From assembly GCA_002269645.1 (NCBI GenBank), contig NIVC01002518.1, positions 1 through 64,000 on the forward strand: 64,000 bases of DNA. The letters run 5' to 3'. Positions within the stretch are counted from its first letter, which is position 1. Every line of letters begins with the position of its first letter. Made by a program: the position numbers and the translations under genes. Positions 46,060-64,000 of this stretch are shown in pieces. The notes under the pieces are model-generated. The model saw nothing but the letters and a program-made list of their open reading frames with translations. It had not been told where the DNA came from and searched no databases. This stretch comes from Macrostomum lignano (taxonomy: Eukaryota).

Positions 46060-46921
46060 ATAAACGCGCGTCTGATCGCTGTCGCTGACGACGATCGCTG
46101 ACGACCCCTGATTTGATTCCGTGCGCGCAGGCGCATTCATTTGGGGCTTGTGCGTGAAAGTTGGCCGGCGGGTTTGTCGTTTCGTGCAATTCACACCCAA
46201 GAGGACAACCCCTTAAAGTCAGGGCCATTACTAGCAGTACCTGTACATGTCGTACGTGAGCCTATAATAGCTGCAACACTGTCGATAACATAGCTCGTAC
46301 AAAATGCACTAGCGGTTTGGCAATAGGCGTTTTTCCAGACCTTGAGATTATTTCTAAGAAAAGGTCAGCTATTCTGCGGTCGTCTACTTCGGCAATATGA
46401 TTTTGCTGCGTTGCCGTTGGTGCTACATGTATAATATAATTGTGACTCACATATGTCAGTTGGCAGGGGCCCAGACAGTGGAGAGCCGTAATCTCGATTA
46501 TGTTCATAAATCGAATAGTGCAGAGCGAAAAGAAAGCACATGCACAGCTGTCTTTGAGGCAATATGTTATGCATGTACAGTTGCGATTCATAGGGCACCG
46601 AAAGTTTCTAACCTGAAAAATAATAAGGCAGAGATGTAGGCACTACGGTTGAAATTATAAATAAAATTTTTAAACTAAAATTTCGGTTTATTTTAAGATT
46701 CGTTTAAATCGACTAATTTCCTTAGTAAGCTAAAGTTTTGTTTAAGTAAGCTTTTTGAGCAAATGTTACGGAATCTTTCTTGCTTGGTTTGATGAATTTG
46801 CAACATGAAATTCAAATTAGCGAATTCCATTATTGCGACGCGGTAGTTTTTCTTTACTGCTAAAGTAAAATAGTAGATAAGTTTTAGAGTATTCGAAGTA
46901 ACGCTTTATTTAAATCTTACT

Positions 46922-46991
46922 ATGGCCCACCAGGACAGAGAAGATCAGGTTTACTTCGCAAAATTGTCTGAGCAGGCTGAGCGCTATGATG
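46922..46991 (+). CDS. YWHAE: 14-3-3 epsilon-like, exon 1
   Basis: MAHQDREDQVYFAKLSEQAERYD + G|GTATGT, phase 1, matching exon 2. Confidence 0.92.
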
Positions 46992-48885
46992 GTATGTAAC
47001 AAAAGTTGAAATGTATAAATGTACTGTCAATGTCCCCAATTTTTAACTATAGTATAGTGTCACTGTTGTCATCATTTGCAAACCTAATCACTTAGCCATG
47101 AAATAAAGCACTTTCTAGGCTTGTTTTTTAATAAATTTTCATTGTTTAATAATAATATTTATTAGATCATTTATTAGATTTGTTTAGATTTGTTTAATTT
47201 ATTAGATTAGATAAAAATTTATATTATAATTAATATAAACAATGTGGGCTCATTAAAGTAGGGACTTAGGCACTAGTTTAGTGATGGTCTTGTAACTTGT
47301 AAGTGTTTTTTATTGAGTGCTATATATTATTATTATACCTGGTATTAGTAATATAATAAAATAAAATAATTTTGTTGAAATTTTACAATTTTTAATTATA
47401 GGCCTAGTGCTTAATTTTTCTATAAACTGCCTCTGAACCGAAGTAGTAGTAGCTACTTATATTCTTGCCATACTCTGGATCATGCTGGGTGCATGCCCAA
47501 AAAAAATTGAATATTGTGGTGGCCAGACTATGCAACTGGCAGCACCAGCAGCACCATTGGCCTTCCACCTCAATAGGTACAAATGCATGCCCACTCGGGC
47601 ATTTCTGCCAATTAATTCTCTTTGATTCATGAAAAAAACACATTAAACTTTGTTAAAAACATTCCTTTTCGTCACAACACCTGCAAGAAGTCATTGATTC
47701 TTGTCAGTTTTCTTGCTATACCAAAAATTATAAACGGTAAGTTTTTGTATCATTTGTACTCATGTTGTACCCTCTCATTTACTCATAAGGCTTTCAATCT
47801 ACATGTTTTTTAGCTTAAATGAAGGAAAACATCTTTGCGATGATGTATCAGTATATTTTTTAGCAATAGAATTTGCTTAATACATTTTTCTAAGACATTA
47901 ATTTTTTTTCGATGTGACATCTTAACCACAAGATTGTACTCATGTTGTACCCAATAATTTTTTTAGTGCTTTTTATTAGCTGAAAACGATATATTTATGG
48001 ATTGCTGACATACAGAGCTTCACAAAAAGTGGTCTGCTGAACCTTAATCTGTCAAAATACCTTAAATATTAACATTTAAATGTAGTAAGCACACTACTTA
48101 CACGAGATGTATTTTCATGTTGTACCCTTTATTTTATTTTTTGCTAGTTTTTTTCTCAAAATCAGTCTTACAAGACTATCATTAAGTATAAAAGCTGGAA
48201 AATAAAACAGTTTCACATTAATTTCTTGTTTATTTATCAATAAAAATGTAATTTACATTTTGCACTATAGTATGTAGATATTAATTTACATAGTACTAAA
48301 TCAATTTTCCCCACATTTACTTGTAATATTGCTTCAGAAAAACTTTCTCTAGATTGTGGAAGCATATGCATTTCTTGCTGCTTGCAAAGTTGCACTGGAA
48401 CTTCTGAATAATTACGGTGATCGGCTAGTTACTGAAAAGTAAAATTAGAGATTTATGTTCGGTATATCGCGCAGAAAAAAAACATTTTGACAAAGTTAAA
48501 AAATATCGTATGAACTTATGCGCAAAATAACAAAATCTGAATTAAAAAGTTGATTAAAAGCATTAAGAAACAATTAAAAAATTATTGACTGAAAGAAAAT
48601 TAATTATAAGCAAGCAATTACGCCTCAATATAAAATTTTATTCTCCTACGGTATTAATCGTCTTCTTAGATCAGTATAACTTTTATCGGCAACTTTTTAT
48701 TGTTACCAGAGAATTTCTTGTGCTTCTACAAGATAAAAAAAGAAATTTAATAACAAATTCTAGTTAGATTTCCTGTTTTCAACATTTTTCTTCTTCTTTG
48801 CACACTCGGACACAATTTGTGTCCCTATTTGGCGGAAATGCCCACTCTCAAATCTACAGTGGTGTTGCAATAATAAACACCATGA

Positions 48886-49103
48886 CTAGGGACACGGTGG
48901 CCATGCCTCTAACTCTATGTCTAAGGACATGGCCGCCATGTCCCTAGCTACCACGCTACTCTGTGCCTAGAGCCACGGCGGCTGTGTCTTTAGCTGTGTG
49001 GACTCGCGGCACAGCCGCTGTGTCCCTAGCTCTGTGTATAGGGACATGGCGGCCGTGTTCCTAGTAATCTACCACTCACATGCCTAGGGGCACGGCGGTT
49101 GTC
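48886..49103. repeat. Degenerate array of ~6 27-bp palindromic units (CTAGGGACAYGG-N3-CCRTGTCCCTAG) in 14-3-3 intron 1
   Basis: Example: CTAAGGACATGG-CCG-CCATGTCCCTAG at 48921-48947; spacers are about 8-19 nt. Confidence 0.7.
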
Positions 49104-50604
49104 TATGAACAATAGGCTTTAAATGCAACATGGTAGCTCGAATGTTGCTGGTAGTGTCCATAAAGACGGTCAAATATTGTGTCAATCTAATATACTAAAA
49201 CTTCTATACTAAAAAACCCAGAAAGCTTGATATTTAGGCTTAAAAATGAACTTGTTTTATCTTTTCCTATTTTACATTAGGCTTTATCTCTTTTGTGTGA
49301 TTCTATCAAGTGCACGCTAGGTTTGCATGCACACAGGAATGATGCACACCAACTATACATGCCTAGTTTTGGCATGCAAGGCCAATGCATGCCCAAATTT
49401 TTGGGCATTTACTACATGATCCAGAGTGTAGTATTTTTGCATCCCCCTTGTGAGAAATTCCTAGCTACACCCCTGTGTGTCATATTTGCTAGACATTTAA
49501 TGCATATTGACACATTTTTAAAACTTATTCCAATGGAAATTATAGTCAAAAAGAATTTCTAAATTATCTTTTAATTTAAAAAATAGATTTATCAAATCAA
49601 GGTTAATCCGTGTAATATAGACCATGTTTATTGAAGATCAGGGCATGGAATGGGCTAAGGAGTTTTTGAGTGGGGGGTTCTTCAAGGAGATTGATTTTAT
49701 TAACACAAACTTGAATATCACAGACACTTATAGTATTATTAATTAATTACTTCCATCATTAAATCATTCAAAAAGAGATGTTAATGTAGAACACAATTGC
49801 AAAGGTTGCATGGTTAATATTACTTGTAATTTCTAAATTTTATATTTATGTTCATTTATAAATACAGAATTCTTTGAAATAATTTTTATTAAATTTGCAT
49901 TGACACCATAGCAGATTAATAAACCTTAAACTTAAACTTCTGAACTTCTAAGTCTTAACTTATTAGGCAATAGCAACTTTGATGCCTATTTGGAGGAGTA
50001 TATGTATGTAGCAGCAACTCTATCCCAACAATCCTTTTGAAGCATTACCAGGGTCTAGTTTGTGTAGTAGTGCACACCAGAACAAAAATCCTATCTAAGC
50101 TATATATATGTATATATATATATATGCCTGAGTGCACTAGGAACTAGAATAACTAGAATTACTACTTTCAGTTCAGTAGCAAACAAGAATACACCAGCTA
50201 TTTTATAAAATAAAGGCAGCTGAAATGAACTTTGATAAGTTTAGAAGCCCACAAGCTTGCAGGCATAAACAACTTGCTAATTGGTTCAGCAGTAATGTAC
50301 ATTGGCTAGTCCACTGAAATGTACATGGCAGCTTTAGGCTGGAATTCTGAGAAAGGCAATTAAAATTGGGGCTGTGCGGGGGTTAGTGTGGAAAGGCACG
50401 GTTGGAGGGTTTAAGCTTGGGGGGATAAAGGACATTAAAATGCTTGAGTTTAAGTTACTACTGAACTGAAAGTAGTTTACACGCAAATGTGCTGAGTGGC
50501 CCAACTAGTCATCCCAGTGTCTATCTGTGGAGTGCACCAAAAAACGAAATGAAACGAAATGACTATCATTTAAAAATATCAATAACCTTCCACACTGTGT
50601 GCAG

Positions 50605-51258
50605 AGATGGTGGACGCCATGAAGGCCGTCGCCGTGATGGACGTGGAGCTGACGGTGGAGGAGCGCAACCTGCTGTCCGTGGCCTACAAGAACGTCATCG
50701 GCGCCCGCCGGGCCTCCTGGCGCATCATGAGCAGCATCGAGCAGAAGGAGGAAAGCAAGCCGGGCTCCGACAAAGTCGAATTGGTGAAGAAATACCGCAG
50801 CCAAGTTGAGAAGGAGCTCAAGCAGATCTGCGAGGACATTCTGGACGTGCTGGACAGCCACCTGATCCCCAGCGCCACCGTGGACGAGTCCCGGGTGTTC
50901 TTCTACAAGATGAAGGGCGACTACCTGCGCTACATGGCCGAGTTCGCCACCGGCGCCGAGCGCAAGGAGGCCGCCGAGAACAGCCTGTCGGCCTACAAGA
51001 ACGCCACGGACATCGCCAACGCCCACCTGCCGCCCACGCATCCCATCCGGCTGGGCCTGGCTCTCAACTTCTCCGTGTTCTATTATGAGATTCTCAACTC
51101 GGCTGAGAGGGCCTGCCAGCTGGCCAAGACCTCCTTTGACGAGGCCATCGCCGAGCTGGACACTCTGTCCGAGGAGTCCTACAAGGACAGCACCCTGATC
51201 ATGCAGCTGCTGCGTGACAACCTCACTCTGTGGACCTCCGACATGCAGACTGGGGACG
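50605..51258 (+). CDS. YWHAE: 14-3-3 epsilon-like, exon 2
   Basis: [71 protein letters not shown]; tgcag acceptor and GTGAGT donor. Confidence 0.97.
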
Positions 51259-51370
51259 GTGAGTCTTACAGAACCTCTGACTGCTGACCCCCTGCACTTC
51301 ATTGCTACTGGAAATCTTACTGGATCATCTGACCCCTGTTCACCTTTAACCCTTGGCCAGTGACCTTTTT

Positions 51371-51690
51371 TGGATCCCGTGACCTCGGTTGACCTTTTAT
51401 AGTTCCTTGGCCAATTGCCTCTTCTGGATCCCGTGACCTCGGTTGACCTATTATTCCCTTAGCCAATGGTCTCTTCTGGATCCCGTGACCTCGTTTGACC
51501 TTTTATTCCCTTAGCCAATGGTCTTCTGGATCCCGTGACCTCGGTTGACCTTTTATTCCCTTAGCCAATGGTCTCTTCTGGATCCCATGACCTCGGTTGA
51601 CCTTTTATTCCCTTAGCCAATGGTCTCTTCTGGATCCCGTGACCTCGGTTGACATTTTAGTCTCTTAGCCAATGGCTTCTGGATCCAGAA
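51371..51690. repeat. ~52-bp tandem repeat, ~6-7 copies, in 14-3-3 intron 2
   Basis: ggatcccgtgacctcggttgaccttttattcccttagccaatggtctcttct periodicity. Confidence 0.9.
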
Positions 51691-51802
51691 ATCTCTTTAA
51701 CTCCACATCCAATGACCTGTATTTGATCTTTAATAACCTTTGAACCCTTAGCCAATGGCCTCTTCGTTGACTTAATTAAATTTTTTGAACCGGTAATTGC
51801 AG

Positions 51803-51837
51803 AAGAGAAGGAGGGCGACAAAGACTCGGGTAACTAA
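51803..51837 (+). CDS. YWHAE: 14-3-3 epsilon-like, exon 3 (acidic tail; full protein 252 aa)
   Basis: ttgcag acceptor in phase 1, EEKEGDKDSGN*; AATAAA downstream near 52518. Confidence 0.8.
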
Positions 51838-52877
51838 GACACTGCGCGGAGTCCGCTTTGGCCAGCAAGTTGAAGATGTGAGCGACTCAGACCAGATGAA
51901 ATTTGTGTGAAAACACAGTAAAGTTCTGTTTGTTTAAACTGTGGTTTTGTTTGTTTTTTGCTGCTTCTGGCCAAGAGTTTTGCTCGCGATTCTGCGTCGG
52001 TTTTGTCCGGACAAATTTATGCTACTTATACTACTTACCGTACAGTAGGACTCGCGTATATTCTAAATGTTTCTATTGTGTAATGTCTTATGTTTTTTCT
52101 CTCTATAGCCGACAAATTTTCAGCTTGAGGTCCCCATTATCGAGGCCTATTGAGGCTTATCCATCCACAGGGCTGGAAACAAAATTGCAAGAAAGCACAG
52201 CACCCACGGTAAGCAGGTCCTTTCGTGTGGGATCAGGCGGGTGATTTCAGCCTAATTGGCTGAGGCGAAAATTCTAAAATCAGTTCCCCCTCCGTCGGCC
52301 TGTGTCGTGTTCTCAAGCTCCCCCTAGCGCTTTTAATATTTAATAATTCCGGAAGTTCTAAGGGTACTGCTAATACTTGGCACACATTTTTCTAATTTTA
52401 TTATCTATCTAAGCTATCTGTTGTTTAACTGTCGTTCGATCCCAGTGCGTTCGTCGCTTAACTCTTTGTTTCCAAAATTATTTGAAACATTTTTTATTAG
52501 CTAAATTTTTTTCTGTAATAAATTTTTTCGGCTGGTTAAAGAGTTGCTGGGGGAGCAGGAGAGATCGGTCTGATCTACTTTAGTTATTGTTGAGTTTTTT
52601 ATTCAACCGTGGCGAACTTCAACTGTGTTGTTTCTGACTGTTCAATTTTCTATTACTAAGACCCCAGCTAGCTAGGAGTGAAACAAAACTGCTAAGCGTC
52701 AGCTTGTTGACTCTCCAATACGACATCAGCTTTATCGCTACGCTACTGTCAAAAACAATAAAATTATCTTTTTATCGACAAAACAAACGGCACTGGCTGT
52801 CTTCAATTAGGCTTTGTTATTTTCGATTACCCTGAGCACACTTTGGGCATTTTGCTTTTTCGCTTTGTAAGAGTTTC

Positions 52878-53033
52878 AATTCCAATGAACATGCACTGCA
52901 AACAGATGCTCATGCAGACGAGATATGCCGGTTGTAAGCTATCAATGAGTCCGAATTCCAACGAACATGCACTGCAAACAGATGCTCATGCAGACGAGAT
53001 ATGCCGGTTGTAAGCTATCAATGAGTCCGAATT
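52878..53033. repeat. 76-bp tandem duplication (2 copies)
   Basis: gaacatgcactgc...gagtccgaatt starts at 52887 and 52963. Confidence 0.9.
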
Positions 53034-54002
53034 TTGGCTCGGACATTTTCGGCCACTTGCTGTCAACTAACAACCGGCCACTTTATCTACTTTTAACATG
53101 TAATGGTGCAGACTGATCGCAAATTTCTTTTAGTGACTCAAAAAATTCGGCACCTGATCGCCACGGCCACTGCTCACACGGGTGTACAGCGGCAATCACT
53201 TGCTGTAAGGGGTATGTACATGTACAATATGGAGTTGACTATTTTTTGGCCTACAAGGGTTGTTCAATGTATTTCTTAAATTAAATTAAATTAAATTAAT
53301 TTCTTAAATTAAAAGCAAAATCTTGGCACATCTCAAAAGCAACTCTCAACAGCCAGTTTATCTGCTTCATGAACTCGATAGTGCATGTGTCTGTGGCCCG
53401 GGGCCGCTGGGGCGTTGTCCTTGTTGGTGGAGTTGGTGCCCCCGATGTCGCTCAGGCGTTTCTCAGCAACAGGTTGCAGCACCGGAGACAGACTAGAATA
53501 GAATGATAGAATGAAGTGCCGACTTCAGTGGCAACGGCTGCACCGGTGAGCGTGGATCCTTGTTGATCAGTGCCTGCACTGCGTCAGTTGTCCAGCTCCA
53601 CTGTCTTCAACCGATGCGATCGGCCTCGATGAAATTCGCCAAACCAATGGTCGAAAATGCAACGAATGGCTGGTTCTCGAAAGCGCAGTATTCTCAACGG
53701 CTTGGCGAAGCCGCTCAAGGTTTACACCTACTGTAAATTTGCAATCATAATCAAGACTTGTGAAACAAATGCTGGTAAAAAAGGCTTCATTTCCTACTGA
53801 TCAGTAGAGTGTCGCGGTAATAAATGTCGAGCGATGATCGAGTCAGCAGGCAGGGCTGCGTTTGTTTTTCCCATTTTTTTTATTTTGCTTCCCCTGCCCC
53901 GGTCTAACGAATGCCTTGCTGAATTGTTTAGCAAAGATAGGAGAGGCTGCAGCATAGTCTTCCGCTTTTAGTCAGTACTGTTTGCACTTTCTTGCCTGTC
54001 TG

Positions 54003-55295
54003 TAGGGGTGTTCGGGTCGGCCATTTTTTCGGGGTTCGGGGTTTACCCCGAACCCGGTACCCCTACCCCGAACCCCGAACCCCGTCCCGAACATTTCTTC
54101 CAACCCCGAACCCCGAACCCGGTACCAAAACCCGACCCGACCCCGAACGTAACACCGAACATTTTCACGCTTATTTTGGTCAATCATTTTAATAAATTCA
54201 GTTTTCAGTTTTCAATTTTTCAGTTTTCAGTTTTGAATTTCAGTTTTAAATTCAGTTTTATATATTGAGATGTGCCTTAACAGCTTCAACCACTTAGCCT
54301 TGTGGTTTTATTTCCCTTAGCTACTCTACAACTAGGAAAAGAAATATGAAACACTTCTTGCAATGGGATTGGGATTGAGATGGAAGGAATACCAAGACCC
54401 AAGATCTAATAGTAAGATACATGAAAGGTCACAACTAAAATCAGGACCATTTCGTACCTATACTTACAACGAAATTGCTTTCATAGTAATATTACATCTA
54501 TGAGTTTATTTAAGCTGCAAAAATAGAGTACAATAAAATTAGATTATACCCTGTAGTGTAGATATCAGTAGAGATAGAACTAGAGCGATAAAGAGATAGC
54601 ACAGATAAAACAATGAAACAATGAAACAGGAGAGTTAATCACAAATATATATTTATTTTTACTTTTGACTACAGTTAACAGTAAGTCAGTAGTGGTATAA
54701 CAGAATTGCTTTGTAAAAACTAAAGTGACGTCTTTACATAAAATTGTATGCTGATATGAGTAGGTAATCATTGTGATAATTGATTATTGGCGACTGATGC
54801 GTGGAGAATAATAGTGTATTTATAAATTTTAGGCTTCCTCATCCAATCCAGAAGTTCAGACCATGTTACACGTAGCACATGTAAAATTAGTACTGAACGT
54901 AATTTTTTAAATCATCAACTGCAAGACTGAATGGGTCGAAAAACGACAATCGTTATTTACCAGAAAGTGTAAATGAATCCATGGTTCTATTTGCTATTTC
55001 TGTTTCAAATTGTATGTAAAATATAACTTAAGTTGTACCTGAAACTCAATGCATATCTTTCGCAATGTGGATTTTGCATAAGGAGTAAAAAGTGCTTGAA
55101 AATACTCTTGAGAATGATAATTGTTCAAAACCCCGAAAACCCCGAAAACCCGGTGGCCAAACCCGACCCGAACCCCGAACCCGGTACCCCTACCCCGAAC
55201 CCCGAACCCGACCCGGAACACCTACCCCGAACCCCGAACCCGGTACCAAAACCCGACCCGAAACCCGACCCGACCCCGAACCCCGAACACCCCTA
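54003..55295. mobile_element. Non-autonomous hAT-superfamily DNA transposon (1,293 bp)
   Basis: 14-bp TIR TAGGGGTGTTCGGG; perfect 8-bp TSD CCTGTCTG (53995-54002 and 55296-55303); clustered subterminal CCCGAA/ACCCG motifs; AT-rich non-coding interior. Confidence 0.92.
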
Positions 55296-55748
55296 CCTGT
55301 CTGGGAGGGTTTGACTAATGCATGGGAAAACAGGGGAGCCCTGCGCTATTGGGGACCGAATATGAATCGATATTTACGCCTCTCAGCTGCGACCGCGAGC
55401 CCGGCTGCGCCGGTAAAAATTCGATACTTGCCCTGACGTAAATGCTGAATACACAGCTGTAGGTGCAGCTGAACTTGCTGCAGTTCAGCTTTTGGCTTTG
55501 CTCTGTTAATCATCAGCACTGATCGTGGCCACCGCTGCCCAGGTTTTATGGCGCTGCAGAATTCCGTGTGGCTAAATATGGCTGAATTGGTCACAGAGTG
55601 CCTGGGGCCTTATGCAAGCTGCTCTTGGGTTGACCTCGGCTGACCCCGTGTGTGTGTGTGAACTTTCTAAATTAGGTCGTACTTTATAACTTTGCATACC
55701 TGCGTGAATTCCTTTCATGTAGCTGAGAGCTCGCACAAAAATGAATAT

Positions 55749-56287
55749 CACCGATCTTGTGTGATTTGGCGCCATCACCGATCTTGTCTGATTTGGCGCC
55801 ATCACCGATCTTGTCTGTTTTGGCGCCATCACCGATCTTGTCTGATTTGGCGCCATCACCGATCTTGTCTGATTTGGCGCCATCACCGATCTTGTCTGAT
55901 TTGGCGCCATCACCGATCTTGTCTGATTTGGCGCCATCACCGATCTTGTCTGATTTGGCGCCATCACCGATCTTGTCTGATTTGGCGCCATCACCGATCT
56001 TGTCTGATTTGGCGCCATCACCGATCTTGTCTGATTTGGCGCCATCACCGATCTTGTCTGATTTGGCGCCATCACCGATCTTGTCTGATTTGGCGCCATC
56101 ACCGATCTTGTCTGATTTGGCGCCATCACCGATCTTGTCTGATTTGGCGCCATCACCGATCTTGTCTGATTTGGCGCCATCACCGATCTTGTCTGATTTG
56201 GCGCCATCACCGATCTTGTCTGATTTGGCGCCATCACCGATCTTGTCTGATTTGGCGCCATCACCGATCTTGTCTGTTTTGGCGCCG
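55749..56287. repeat. 27-bp minisatellite (atcaccgatcttgtctgatttggcgcc), ~20 copies
   Basis: Almost invariant periodicity. Confidence 0.98.
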
Positions 56288-56750
56288 ATATTAGCCATCA
56301 CAACTATGGCTGGCTAAGCGCATAGCGCATCAATCGATTCGCATAGAAGCATCACAAATGCCTTCACCTCAGTTCAGTTTGACTCCATGACTTCAGTTCA
56401 CACAAATTCCGCATTGTTTGCTGCTGCAACAGGCAGACGTATCTTACTTTTGAAAAAGCAGCAAGACCAAAAAGTCAAGCGCCAAGCTCAATTAAAAGCT
56501 ACAGACGTCCTTTTTAAGCGTAGATTTCTTCTTTAATGAAAATTGCTACTTCTCCCGCTGCTTCTCCTGCTGCTTCGAGTTCATTTCCTGCAGATTGAAA
56601 GAGAAGTTTGACTTGCCTCCCCCAGCGCATGCAAGTAGCGAATTTGGCTTGCCTCGGCTTTGGGGCTTCTGTGCAGTTCTGGGCTGCAATTGGGAGGCCC
56701 GCGATTCACTGAAATGTCTGAATTTGGGCTGGGGGTAAGATAGGTGAGAT

Positions 56751-56962
<212 letters not shown>

Positions 56963-57897
56963 GATGCAGGTGGCTCCCCAAAATCCGGGGGTCAGTCCTG
57001 CTGTCCCTCATCGAATGCGGCACAGAGACATTGGGCGCGGGTATCGAATAGAGTTCATAAAGGATGAGGCGCAGAGGCTGCAGTCACCAGCAGGCCAAAT
57101 GGCAGGAGCGCAGCAGTAGCATGGCCCTCACCGCTCCAGGCGGATGCTGGGTGCAGTGATGAAGCGGGCAGGCGGCTGCAGGCAGCAGCAGCAGCGTTGG
57201 AGGCTTTACAGCCGGCCCCTCATCCCCCCCTCGCCTTTCTCCCCTTTCCCCTCTGCCTTCCCATTCGGAATTCGCAGTTTGGATTCCGGCAGGGCATCGG
57301 CAGCGGTGTGCGGCAGTTTGTGGGTGTGCAGGGCGCTTCGCCCGCAATCGCTGGGCCGCCCCCACCCCAGCCGACCTTGCATCCAAATTGGGCAGCGGCA
57401 GGCCCGCATCGCATCCGTGTTGCTGCCGGTTTGCGGGGAACTTACAGTTTCCTGTGTGTGCCAGCGCGTCGGACTCGGCCGAGCCTCCTTCAGCATCGAC
57501 AGCGGCCGGGAGGACCTGCGGGCAGTTGAGCTAATTGAGTGGGCGGGAGAATTCGCTCACCTGGCCTGACTGAACAATGCATGTTGAAATCGGCTCCAAC
57601 AGGTAAGCGTGAGGCAGTTGGCTTGCTCAAGTGAAATTTCAGCATAGCAGATTTGCCATGCCGCTTCTCCACCTGGCCTCCCCATCCGCTCCCAGATTCC
57701 ACTGGACTGCATTCCTGCTCGCGGCAACGCTGTTGGTTGTTAGGGCGACAGCACAGGTGAATGGGAGATTTGTTTGACCTCATGCTTGACCTTCAGTGTT
57801 ATTATTTAATATGATATGACGGATTTCTTTTATTTGTTTAATTTTTTAATTGGACTGAAAGACTGAGTGGGAAGAATCTCCGTGGGCAAATATCTTA

Positions 57898-58180
57898 GTG
57901 CCTGTGTGTCAGTGCCAGTGTGTCAGTGCCAGTGTGTCAGTGCCAGTGTGTCAGAGCCAGTGTGTCAGAGCCATTGTGTCAGTGTGTCAGTGCCTGTGTG
58001 TCAGTGCCTGTGTGTCAGTGCCAGTGTGTCAGTGCCTGTGTCAGAGCCAGTGCCAGTGTGTCAGTGCCAGTGTGTCAGTACCAGTGTGTCAGTACCAGTG
58101 TGTCAGAGCCAGTGTGTCAGAGCCAGTGCCAGTGTGTCAGTGCCTGTGTCAGTGCCTGTGTCAGAGCCAGTGCCAGTCAC
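57898..58180. repeat. Degenerate 12-bp-core repeat (gtgtcagtgcca)
   Basis: Direct; lies just upstream of the collagen acceptor at 58207. Confidence 0.9.
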
Positions 58181-58207
58181 TCTCTCCTCTCTCCTCCGCA
58201 ATTTCAG

Positions 58208-63912
<5,705 letters not shown>

Positions 63913-64000
63913 GTATTAAATTTGATGATTTTCGAAACATACGAGCCGTAAAGCCATTGTCAGAATGTTTCCAATTATGCAACTTTGGTTCTGTTTTATT

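Noticed and set aside
47750-48130. ttgtactcatgttgtaccc motif at ~180-bp spacing
   Set aside because: Only three short matches; at most a decayed tandem repeat.
48886-49103. CRISPR array (palindromic repeats with spacers)
   Set aside because: The repeats are highly degenerate, the spacers are short and related to one another, and the site is an intron with no cas genes.
53330-53495. GC-rich minus-strand open stretch (LSPVLQPVAEKRLSDIGG...)
   Set aside because: No homology cue and no confident splice pairing.
57577-57608. Candidate first coding exon of the collagen (AG|GTAAGC donor)
   Set aside because: The phase does not match the phase-0 acceptor at 58208 and there is no signal peptide; it may be a UTR exon.

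Overview
Repeat-rich invertebrate (metazoan) genomic DNA; a flatworm-like origin is plausible but cannot be proven from sequence. About 2.0-39.9 kb is one continuous head-to-tail stack of at least 13 non-autonomous Helitron-like elements, all on the minus strand (5' TC ... hairpin-CTAG 3'). Many junctions carry reiterated short 5'-end prefixes (TCT/TCTA/TCTAA...), and the units carry internal 17-30 bp minisatellites, tRNA-derived segments and a full-length SINE with a 15-bp TSD. A young, intact 4,968-bp Ty3/Gypsy LTR retrotransposon (apparently identical 191-bp LTRs, 4-bp TSD, tRNA-Leu PBS, -1 frameshift signal) sits at one of these Helitron 5' junctions. The right third holds host genes: a two-exon BIR-(UBA)-RING IAP-like gene (-), degraded Tc1 transposase and fibrinogen-domain relics (-), a three-exon 14-3-3 epsilon-like gene (+), a non-autonomous hAT element with an 8-bp TSD, and the 5' part of a multi-exon interrupted (type IV-like) collagen gene (+) in which most introns carry their own tandem repeat. 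Most short ORFs in the supplied track are artefacts of tandem repeats. All coordinates and alignments were worked out by eye.
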